Source: Paraspadella gotoi
Taxonomy: Eukaryota; Animalia; Chaetognatha
Reading direction: 5' to 3'
DNA: 64,000 nucleotides
NCBI GenBank assembly: GCA_051294375.1
Contig: CM119268.1
Location: forward strand, 19,751,820-19,815,819
Made by a program: the position numbers and the translations under genes
Notes under the pieces: model-generated
What the model saw: the letters and a program-made list of their open reading frames with translations, nothing else
Told to the model about the DNA's origin: nothing
Database searches by the model: none
Shown: positions 1 to 10,500 of the stretch, one piece after another
Numbering within the stretch: the stretch's first letter is position 1
Layout of the letters: every line of letters starts with the position of its first letter

Positions 1-404
1 TCCTCTGCCTGCATCTAAAGGCAATCAACATCCTTTCGGATTCGGCAGGGGGCGATCCTTACGCGACAACTCTCTCAATAACCTCGTCAACAATCTCGCG
101 CGCCGTCTTTCAATTACTCGCTTTCATCACCTGACGTCGACAGCTTTTTCCGACGCCAATGGGAAGAGGGCGACCGCCGCCCCACAGGAGACTGAACCTT
201 CGCACCTCTCGCAAACGCTCTCGCGCCTTAGAGAAAAAGAAGAAGCCGAGATTGCCACCTTCGACCCAAAAACAATTGACATTGGGTCCGCAGGGTCGAA
301 ACAGCCTACGTAAGAGCAAAACATTCGCGACGCAAAAAAAAATTTGCTTATTTAGAGTCAAAAATTGACGTCAACCTCAACCTCTCGAGTGAACGCCTTT
401 CTTT

Positions 405-1046
405 ATGACGAAAAGTCCGAGGCCGCTGGAACCAGTTGTCACTACTGAAGAAGTAATGGCCAAACTCATCGTTCAGCAGGCTTCACTTCTCCTTGATGGA
501 TTCGGCCGAGATGGCCTTCGCCCATCACAGCATCTTGCTCGGCTCGAAGAAAAGATCAAAGCCGTCACCATCGACGACCTTAAGAAGGAGACGATCGTCC
601 GAGGTCTCCCCCTGGAGATCCGGCGCTCCCTCGAAGGAAGAATCGACGCCCTGACAGCAGCCGAGTTGGCCGACGAGGCCGACAAATTCTTCGACGCCGA
701 AGGGCGTCCTCGACTCGCCGCGCCAACCTCCACAATCAACGCTGCCACAATCGAGCAGCTTGTCGATGACCAAGGCACTGACAGCGATGGCGAAATGGAA
801 ATAAACGCCATCGGAGGCCATCGCCGCGATTGCAGCCGTCAGCCGACCAACAACTGGAGATCAGCGCCATCAAGTAGATCGTCGACAGGTTCTCGGCCTC
901 CAAATCAAAAACTGAAACAAATTTGCCGTTACCATCTTAAATTTGGAGATGCAGCCTTCAAATGCGAACGCGGCTGCGCCCGCAGAGGCGACCTCAAGGA
1001 GAAGGATGCCAAGATGGGAAACGGATCGGCGGGGCAGCGCAGGTGA
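405..1046 (+). CDS. gag: Gypsy-1 Gag (C-terminal part; N-terminus upstream from ~159 appears frameshifted)
   Basis: Zinc-knuckle-like CRYHLKFGDAAFKCERGC. LAxEADxF motif shared with the Gypsy-2 gag (IAKDADEFF). Confidence 0.8.
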   Translation: MTKSPRPLEPVVTTEEVMAKLIVQQASLLLDGFGRDGLRPSQHLARLEEKIKAVTIDDLKKETIVRGLPLEIRRSLEGRIDALTAAELADEADKFFDAEGRPRLAAPTSTINAATIEQLVDDQGTDSDGEMEINAIGGHRRDCSRQPTNNWRSAPSSRSSTGSRPPNQKLKQICRYHLKFGDAAFKCERGCARRGDLKEKDAKMGNGSAGQRR

Positions 1047-4000
1047 ACGCTGTGCCCCGCTCTAACGCCGATTCACCTGACTCTTTTCTCCTACATGTCG
1101 TCGACGCGAGTGATGGACGCCATTGGCTGGTGGACGGCGGAGCCTTGCTCTTGCTTATTCCACCAACGCCGGAGCAAAGAGCAGCGGGACCGACTGAAGC
1201 ACAGCTTCAGGCGGCTAACGGCAGCCCTATAGCGTGTTATGGAGTAGCTCACAGGAGGATCACACTCGGCCCTCGAATTTTTCCCTTCGACGTCCTAATC
1301 GCCGACGTCACTCAAAATATTCTCGGCGCCGACTTCTTAGCCGAATACTTCCTTGCTCCTAACCACCGCGATGGCTTGCTGCTCGACCTGAGGGATTACT
1401 CGACAATCCCCTGCGCAGTCTCCCGCGGCTCAGCACCCTCACATGTCAACTTCGTCGATCAGAAGGACGACGTATACTACCAGCTACTGGACAAGTATCC
1501 ATCGCTCTCAAAACCAAGCTTTGAACTCGGGGTGCGCCACCACATCCCAACGGAAGGCCGCCCCTGCCAAGCCCGAGCTCGATGCCTATCTCCCGAAAAA
1601 CTCGCCGTCGCCAAAGCCGAGTTAGAGAAAATGGTTCAGCTCGGCATCGCCAAAAGAGCGAAAAGTTCATGGTCCTCGCCAATCCTCTGTGTCCCAAAAT
1701 CTGATGGAGGTTGGCGAGTCTGTGGAGACTTCCGCCGCCTCAACTCGAAGACTCGAGATGATAAATACCCGGTCAAACTGCTCGCAGATTTTAATGCGCA
1801 ACTCGCCGGTAAAAAAATCTTCTCAAAGGTCGATTTGTTGAAAGGGTATCATCAGATCCCAGTAGCGGATGAGGACGTCGTCAAGACTGCCGTCATAACA
1901 CCCTTCGGCCTCTTCGTCTTCCTGCGGACCCCGTTCGGCCTTAAAAACGCCGGACAGGATTTCCAAAGGATGATGGATGAGATTCTTGGCGACATACCGC
2001 TCACATACGTTTACCTTGACGACATACTCGTCGCCAGTGAGGATGAGGAGCAGCACATCCACGACCTCGAACAGGTCTTCAAGGCACTGGCCGACAATGG
2101 ACTCGTCGTAAACCGCAAGAAGTGCGTCCTCGGGAAAGAATCTCTCGAATTTTTGGGTTATTTGGTCGATGCATCCGGCGTCAAACCTCTTCCTCAGAAG
2201 GTAGAGGCGATTCGCGCCACAAACCCTCCTACAACAGTCAAAGAGCTGCAGCGGTTCTTGGGGATGGTCAACTACTATCGCCGCTTCCTCCCCAAGGCCG
2301 CTCACCACGCCGCAGCCCTGTATGATGCCTTAGCTGGCAAGCCAAAGCAGCTTGTCTGGACGGAGGGATGCGCAACAGCTTTCAACGCCGTCAAGGAGGC
2401 GCTCGCCTGCGCCGCGTTACTCCGACATCCGCAGACCAACGCCCAACTCTCTCTTACTACCGACGCCTCAGATTTCGCTGTCGGCGCTGTCCTTGAGCAG
2501 CGCAGCAGCAATGGCTGGGAGCCATTAGCCTTCTTTTCGGCTAAACTCGACGAAGCTCAACGCCGATGGCCTCCTTTCGACCGTGAGCTGTATGGTGCAT
2601 TCCGAGCGGTGCGTCACTTCCGTCATTGGTTGGAGGGTTGAACTTTCACCCTCTACACAGACCATCAGTCACTCATACACGCCCTCCACAAGCGAACAGA
2701 GCCACAAACAACTCGGCACAACTTCCAGCTATCAGTAATCTCCGAGTTTACCACGGACATCCGACATGTCCGCGGGAAGGCCAACGTGGTGGCTGATGCG
2801 CTCTCGAGACCCAACCCTCCACCAGCTATCGCAGCTGTCGACAAACCAGTCCCTCAAGAGAAGGTCGATGACCTCGTCAGCATCATAAACGCGATCGGCC
2901 AAGAGGGAATCGACCTTGAAGAATTGGCTCGTCACCAAGCCCTTGATAGAGACTATCAGCGTCTATCTCAAGACGCCCGAACGGGCCTGAGTTTTTGCAA
3001 GGTCAAGCTCGGCGACCAAGACCTGCTCGTTGATATATCGAACGGCCCCGCTCGCCCCTTCGTACCAGAATCGTGGCGCCGTCGAGTTTTCGACGCCGTC
3101 CACGGCCTCGGCCACCCAGGCGTCGCCCGAACAAGAGAAACAATTTCCTCGAAGTTTGTTTGGCCTTCACTACGCGCCGACACAACACGCTGGGCACGAG
3201 AGTGCCTCCCTTGTCAACAGGCAAAAGTCACACGTCACGTGACGCCGCACATTGGAGAGTTTGAAGTCCCAGCTCGACGTTTTCAGCATGTGAACGTCGA
3301 CATCACCATCATGCCTAAGTCAAACGACTACGGTTATCTCTTAACCGTAGTAGATCGCTTCACACGATGGCCAGAAGCGCTACCAATGAAGGACATGTCC
3401 TCAACTACAGTGGTTGACACGCTCGTCCATGGCTGGATAGCCACGTTCGGCGTCCCTTCGGACATCACCACCGATAGAGGCGCCCAGTTCAACTCCTCCA
3501 CTTGGACCCAACTCGCTCAAACATGGGGAATCCGGCATCATCAAACCGCCGCCTATCATCCTCAAGCGAACGGACTTGTGGAGCGATTCCACCGCCGCCT
3601 CAAGGAGGCGTTAATCGCTCTAGGGACTGAAGAACCACACCAATGGTTTTGGCGCCTCCCATCAGCTTTACTTGCCATTCAAACGACAATCAAGCCAGAT
3701 GTAGGGGCCTCTCCAGCCGATCTCGTCTTCGGCGAAGGGCTCACCGTCCCTGGCGACCTGCTGCCTCCACCTCCCGGCGACAGCGAACTTCAGCAACAAC
3801 GCCGCACCCTCCGAAATAATCTCCGCGTGGAAGTTGAACGACTCCAGCCAAGGGAGACGGCAACTCACCGAACTCCCAACGTCTATCTCCCAGATTCTCT
3901 CAACGACGCCACTCACGTTTTCGTCCAGCGTTCAGGGGTCAAACCACCGCTCACAGCGCCATATCAAGGACCCTACCGCGTAATTGCACGAGACAATCTG

Positions 4001-4387
4001 AATTTCAAAATTGAAATTCCCGGACGAGGCGCCGAAAACATCGCCATATCGCGCATCAAGCCGGCGACAGTCTGGAGAGACGACGACGGCTATGAACGTG
4101 CAACTCAACCCTCTCCTCCTCCCTCTCTCGCGCCTAGGGGCCGGCGCCCGGGCCCTCGAACGCGTTTCCCGGCGCCAACATCTCGTATGACAAGAAGCAT
4201 GACAGCTCGCCTTAGTCACCCTCCTTCGACACTCTCGGCGGTTAGAGCCAGATCTGTTAGTGACGACGACGACGAGATTCCTGAACGCAATCTCGAGACA
4301 ACAGAAAATCTACCGGAAGCAGCGGCATCAGCGTCTATGACCGCGCCCATTTCCGAATCGAATGAAGATGTCGATGAAAATAAATAA
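962..4387 (+). pseudogene. pol: Gypsy-1 Pol (protease, RT, RNase H, integrase) with a single in-frame TGA at 2639-2641
   Basis: ORFs 962-2641 and 2786-4387 are in the same frame and read through as HWLEG*TFTLYTDHQSL. Motifs: LVDGGA protease, YLDD RT, TTDAS RNase H, HGLGH..CLPC integrase Zn finger, TDRG..VERFH core, PYQGPY. Confidence 0.92.
1016..1079 (+). promoter_or_regulatory. -1 programmed ribosomal frameshift signal (G GGA AAC plus H-type pseudoknot)
   Basis: Heptamer GGGAAAC 1016-1022 in the gag frame, 6-nt spacer, stem 1029-1039/1048-1060. Loop CAGGTGAA 1040-1047 is complementary to TTCACCTG 1072-1079. Confidence 0.8.
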
Positions 4388-4732
4388 TCTCAACCGACGT
4401 CAGCGCCAACACTTCCGTTTGGCGCGCCCCCTGCGTCACCGGTAGCGCCATCCACGAGCGCTCAGCGTCAGCCACGCCCACCAATCGTGAGAATCTCCAA
4501 ATCGACATCGGACAATTTTTCGTACAAAACTGTAAATAGTTTATCACGTTCTAACTATAATTCTGTTCTTCGCCACCTACTCGCGAATCTAACGTGAATT
4601 TAAATTTCATCTCATTCATTTTTATTAATACTATAATAGATATTCCGTCAAATATTAATACCGTGGTTCACCTTACCTGGCTATTGAGCCCAATCGTTTC
4701 CATAAATACTTAAATTTCCGTCTGGGGGGGAT

Positions 4733-4850
4733 GTAGGATTGAACCCGGTACCCTTCAGCCACGAGCCTTGACTCAACCAGAGTCGCCATTTAGTCATGTT
4801 GAATCTTTACTTATTCAAATCCCTTATAACAATTCTCTTTCACAAACAAA
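4733..4850 (+). mobile_element. Start of Gypsy-1 3' LTR (right boundary undetermined)
   Basis: Lies immediately after the PPT. No second copy in the window to fix the end. Confidence 0.55.
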
Positions 4851-5209
4851 TTAATCTTTTGTCTTTTCAAAAAAAGAAACACTGTTTGCTAAAGCAAATC
4901 AGCTGGTTTCATTTCACATTATTTTTATTGTTATTCCATTGAGCCTGGAAACCATTTTGAATTCTTCTAGAAGAAAAATTAACAGACTCCAAACTTGTTA
5001 TTAATTTCCTTTATTAATTATCATTAATTCCATTGTTATTGTTTAATTAATTCATTAATTATTATTGTTGTAATGATATAGATATTGCATTAGCTTGCCA
5101 GTAAAAGCTTATGGAATATCTATATGCTTTGATTATTTTATTAAGGTTTCATTTAATAAAGAACCAAACAAGTTGGTTCAGGCTGATTTTATCAGGCGCC
5201 AATTAAACT

Positions 5210-5968
5210 TTGCCACGAGCGTCAGCGCCAATACGTCATTTCCGGTTCGAGCCAAATCCATTCACGTCACTCTACAAGCACGCCACCGACAAGATGCAAT
5301 TTAGCGAAAACGGTCGTCGGCTACACCGAGGAATGTACCGGTCCCGGGATGGAATTGTAAGGGCAGTCTCGGAAGCAGACATCAAAAAGCCATCAACCGA
5401 TGCCACGACAAAAATGGAGCTCCGACCCCTTGTGGTGACCTGTTAAATGGAGCGGACCAATATGGGGGATGCTGACGTGCTGCTCGGAGGCTAGATACCC
5501 AGACACCGCCAAAGCACAAGAGAAATGCATGATCATGTGTGGCGGCACACGCGACGCCGCTTTTACTCTCAGACTAACCGGCAGAAAGACGAGGATCTCC
5601 AGCTGCGGGTTATTAGTCGACGAGACGTCCTCTCCGCATTTCTTCTATGCAGAAGGCCGGATCCAAGGCCTGAGACGGGACACTTCGGTGATGGAAGCAC
5701 TCCCGAGGCTGCGTCAAAGCTCGCGCAGGATAACCAAAGAAACATTGACTCTCTCACCAAAGCAGTGCGACATGAACTCTGTGTGACACGCGCGCGCCGA
5801 GGCGAGGGCCGCGGCGATCGAGGCACTCGCTCTCCGGCGGACATGCCATCAATCACTATGTCATCGACACTCTCGTTCGAAACGCCATGCTCGCCTCCTC
5901 CGGTATACCAACAAGGGAACAAATTCGTGGACAGTGACGGGAACACGTTTGAAAAACACAGGCCCTAA
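5210..5968 (+). pseudogene. Degraded ORF of unknown origin
   Basis: GC-rich island. ORFs 5210-5446 and 5525-5968 share one frame and are separated by two stops. No recognisable domain. Confidence 0.3.
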
Positions 5969-6300
5969 GGACCACGCTTCCGGACACGCGGAACCACGTG
6001 ACGAGCGAAAGCACTATTTACGAAGAGGTGGGCCAATTCATGGATCGCCACGCCAAGTTTCATCGGGCAAACGCAAAGTTTCAACGAGCGCCTGGGGAGA
6101 TAACCGCAGGATCACCATCATCGTTTTATCCGAAGGTTATTCGGCGACTCTCCGCTAATTGAGATATGGAGCTGGCGGTCAAATAGTGAAATATTTTTTT
6201 GTTTTTATTTTTATCTTTCCACTTGAACGATTCCAGCGAAACTCGATTTCGAGCTCAATACACACTTTCCTACCCTCACAAAAATTTCATTTCAATCATG

Positions 6301-7087
6301 TGTGGATAAGGCGCTAAATGGCAGAAGATGACTATCCATAAATCTGACTACCTCCAATCAGAACCAGATCTCAATCACAAACTTTACCCTCAAAAAATCT
6401 CACCACATTCCATCAACATAATAAAAACACCAAAAAACTTTCTATAACCCCTCTACAGACATGGAACGGGTCCTGGCTTGGAACCAGGCTTGAGGGTTTG
6501 CACACCCCCCAAGGCGGCTTACGGCCGTCCTCACTCTTCCCGCAGGGTAGGTACCGGGTGGGATTGAACCGCGGTACCTAGTGGTCATGAGCTGATGGCT
6601 TTACTCAATGAGCCACCGGGTCACAACTGAAAGATCATGCTTATAGGCGGGGTGAACCTAGGCAATGCCCGACTACATGCGCCCCCAGATTGTAACCCAC
6701 CCTGCACTGCTTCTAGTGGAGGGAGGGGAGCAATCTTCGGCAAGTCCATGGGCCTGGAATCAGAAGGTTGGAATACGCTCGACAGGATGGGCTCACCAGT
6801 GTGGATAAGGCGCTAAGTGGGCAGAAGATGACTATCCATAACTTCTTATAACCCCCTCTAGCAGACATGGAACGGGTCCTGGGCTTGGAACCAGGCTTGA
6901 GGGTTTGCCCACGCGCACAAGGCGCTTACGGCCGTCCTCACTCTTCCCGCAGGGTAGGTACCGGGTTGGGATTGAACCGGTACCTAGTGCGTCATGAGCT
7001 GATGGCTTTACTCAATGAGCCACCGGGGTCACAAACTGAAATAGTCATGCTTATAGGCGGGGTGAACCTAGGCAATGCCCGACTAAA
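6301..7087 (-). mobile_element. TRIM family A (non-autonomous miniature LTR retrotransposon with a tRNA-like segment in the LTR)
   Basis: Direct repeats 6301-6677 and 6800-7087 (minus strand TGTAGTC...ATCCACA). 122-bp internal region with PBS TGGTGAGCCC (6798-6789) and PPT TCTGGGGGCGCA (6689-6678). Imperfect TSD catg/catc. Confidence 0.85.
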
Positions 7088-7951
7088 CATCCATCAAATC
7101 ACGAGTAATTGATGTTTTTTGCTTAGGTGGGATGGACTGATGGACAGACAGACGGACAGACAGACATCAATTTTTTTGCATAATTTATCATAATTCGATG
7201 TTCTGACATGATATAAGTGAATGCCCGACAAGATTGGGGGTCAGACCGACGGACCGACAAAGTGAATTATAGATTTTCATGTTTTCATGTTCAGCTTTGC
7301 GGTAAAAAATCACTGTTCCTAAACGGATAGCACGATTTTAATAAAATTTTTGTCAAACTTAATATTCTTCAATAAACTTTAATTCACTTTTTAAATTTTT
7401 CAAAAATTTCAGTTTATATGTTTATTTTTAAAATTTAAAATAAAGTGGCAGGTATTTTTTGCACATGTTTCTATTTTTTTTCCTTTCATCAACATTTAAT
7501 TTTTGTAAAACTTTAATCTTTCTTTTCTTTTTCATTTTTCTTCTTCTCATCTAACTTCTCTACTTCATTAACACCACCGGGAAAAGAGACAGAAGAGAGA
7601 CAAAGGCTGATAGAAACGCATTGGCAGCAGAAAGGAGAGAAGGAGAGAGAGATAGAGAGAAAGAGAGAGAGAGAGAGAAACAGACATAACTATTATTTTG
7701 ACGTCGCTGTTGTAAAACTTTATTATTCTTCTAATAATAATTCTCAACGTCTTCTTTCTTTACGACCATATATTCATTTTTTTGAGCAGCTGTTATCATT
7801 AGTTAACAATAAAACTTATCGTTATTCTACAATTTAAAACCTTTAAATTACATCCGAAATATATTGGATACAAAACAAAATTATATTGACGAAACGAGAG
7901 GGAAAAAAAGAATTAAGAAAAAAAAACATGAAAACCAAAACAAGAAACTCA

Positions 7952-8217
7952 CCTTCTCCCCAATCGATCCATATCGGTTCTGTGATCCTCATCCTGCGAG
8001 AAAAGACCTCTCTCTCATCCGCCCCCTGGGTGCTGCCTCCCCAACCCGCGTCCCCCAGGGAAAAGTGAGGAACGAAACACCCGATCGAGGAGTCGCCGAA
8101 ATCTGAGGCCTCCGTTTCGTCCCTGGGGGAAGAAAGGAGGGGATGATGCCAGCGAGGATGAAGGAAGCAAGTCGGATTGAAGCAATCCTTGACTGGTTCA
8201 ACGCGAAGAATTTGCGT

Positions 8218-8268
<51 letters not shown>

Positions 8269-8984
8269 CGAAGCGAAAGAAGATATGGCGATTAATGACT
8301 TCTGTTTAAATCAATCAATCAAATCAATCAATCAATAAATCAATTAATCAATCAATAAAATCAATCAATCATTCAATCATTCAAATTAATAAATCAGTCA
8401 TCAAATCAATTAATCAATCAATCGCCCACCAAACCCTCCTCACCCCGTTAAAAAGTAAGTGGCTCGAAATCTCCGCTGGAACGCCCTGACTTCGTCGCAG
8501 CGCCGATCCAGATTCTTCCTGAAGCGATAAAACCAGTAGAGGAAAAGGAGGACGACGACGACGGAGCCCACGCCGAGGATGGGAGCTTGATAGGCCGACA
8601 TGGCGTCGGGGAAAGGCGGGCGGGAGAGGGTGTCGGAAAAGGCAGAGCGGAATGCGGGTAAAATAGGATGAAATGATGAGTCGGGCGAAGCGATAAAGAC
8701 TTTTGGGTCAAAGTTGTTTAATTTTGGATTCTTTGAGTCGTTGTTTCTGTTACTTTCATGACTGTTTTCCTCGCTGCTTTCCTCGCTGCCTTCCTCGCTG
8801 CTTTAATCGCAGTTGTCTTTGTTTTTTATTTCGTTGACGTTTCGTTTATTTTCGTTTTCGTCTCCGTCGACGTTTTCGTAGTTGTTGTTGTCGTCGTTTT
8901 CATCTTCGCAGACGTTTGTCACAAAATCCGGAATCGTTTCTCGTCGCCTCGAACCCGTCGGGAGAAAGAGAAGGAGTCGCGCGT
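7952..8984 (-). other. Two candidate minus-strand exons of an unidentified gene
   Basis: GC-rich blocks ending in donor-like GG|gtgagg (~8444) and AAG|gtgagt (~7952). One frame reads MSAYQAPILGVGSVVVLLFLYWFYRFRKNL..FQRRFRATYFL (one TM-like segment). Confidence 0.3.
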
Positions 8985-9202
8985 CTAGAGAGAGAGATAG
9001 AAAAAAGAGAAGGTAAGTGAGATTGGAGTGATGTGAGAGTGAGTGAGAAGAGAGAAAGGAGGAAAGAAATGGAAAAATAAATAAAGGAGAGAAAAAATAA
9101 GGTGGAGAGAAAGAAGAAGTTATAATAACAATTAAGTTAAGATAAGAGAAAAGTTAAATAATGTGATAAGATTTTTAAAGATATTTAAAAATATACTGTG
9201 GG

Positions 9203-9252
<50 letters not shown>

Positions 9253-9419
9253 GCGACAGACGAGCGTTTGTCTGAAGCAGACTTAAGGGGAGGATGAGTT
9301 GGAGGAAGAGGAGGAGGGCGTGGCGCGCGAATAGGAGGAGCCGGATGCCACTAAGGAATCTACAAAAAAGTTTTCCACTTAAAAAAAAATTATTGGCCTA
9401 AAAAAACTTTTGCAAGTTT

Positions 9420-10120
9420 TTTTTTACCCTATCTCTTTCCTTTTTCTCCCTTTTCTTTTCTTGTTGCCTTTTCATTCCATCCTCTTCTTTCTATCTTCCT
9501 TTTCTTACCCTTTTATTTAGGCTTTATTCTTTTCCCTTTTATCACTTTTCTTTCCATCCCCTTCTTTCCTTCTTTCTTTTCTTTCCCTTTTCTTTTTCCT
9601 TTTTTCTCTTTTTTTTCCTTTCCCTTCTTCCTTTTCTTTCCCATTTCTTTTTCTTTTTTCCCTTTTTTTACTTTTCTTTCCATCCCATTCTTTCCTTCTT
9701 CCTTTTCTTTCCCTTTTCTTTTTCTTTTTCCTTTTTTCTCTCTTATTTCATTTACCTTTTTCCTCTTCCTTTTCTTTCCCTTTTCTTTTTCTTTTTCCTT
9801 CTTTCTCTTTTCTTTCCTTTTCCTCCTTTCCTTCTTTCTTTTCTTTCCCTTTTCTTTTTCTTTTTCCTTTTTTCTCTTTTGTTTCCATCCCTTTCTTTTC
9901 TTCTTCCTTTTCTTTCCCTTTTCTTTTTCCTTCTTTCTCTTTTCTTTCCTTTTCCTCCTTTCCTTCTTTCTCTTCTTTCCCTTTTCTTTTTATTTTTACT
10001 TTTTCTCTTTTGTTTCCATCCCTTTCTTTTCTTCTTCCTTTTTTTCCCTTTTCTTTTTCTTTTTCCTTCTTTCCTCATCTTTCTTTCCCATTTATCTTTC
10101 CTCCCTCTTCGCTCTCCTCA
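9420..10120. repeat. ~700-bp polypyrimidine/polypurine low-complexity tract
   Basis: Plus strand is almost entirely C/T. Confidence 0.9.
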
Positions 10121-10500
10121 ATTTTTGCCAGAGAAGTTTCAATACTTAATGATCCAGTTTAGGTGGATCTGCCTACAGCACACTTGGGGTGTGGGTCCAA
10201 GCACAAACTTCAACTTTGGCGTGCGAGTCCAAGCTCAAACTTGAACTTGGGTGTACGAGTCTAAGCTAAATATTAACCCGATAAGGTTTTTTTCTAAACA
10301 AACACAGGGCACCAACGATGACACTCCATAGGAAAAAATATAGTTAGAAAAATATATTTTCAAAATCACATGAGGGAAAAAGCATCTGTTATTTTTTTGT
10401 TATCGCAATAAAGGGACTCGTGAGAAACGAAAGTCAGTGTGACCTTGGCAGAACCGGCTGCTCCGGCTGCTTCGGCTGCTTCGGCAGGTACTTTTTGAGT

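Larger units (their letters stand above)
1..4732 (+). mobile_element. Ty3/Gypsy LTR retrotransposon (Gypsy-1), internal region; 5' LTR not in window
   Basis: gag followed by a -1-frame pol with PR-RT-RH-IN order. PPT TCTGGGGGGGATG at 4720-4732. Confidence 0.95.

Noticed and set aside
6301-7087. Tandem tRNA-SINE pair
   Set aside because: The tRNA part is internal, not 5'-terminal. Repeats have TG..CA ends with PBS and PPT between them and no tail.
9752-10244. Lys/Arg-rich and Phe/Leu-rich ORFs (and similar ORFs over (GA)n, (TTTC)n, (GGAC)n, (AAT)n)
   Set aside because: Artefacts of stop-free low-complexity sequence.
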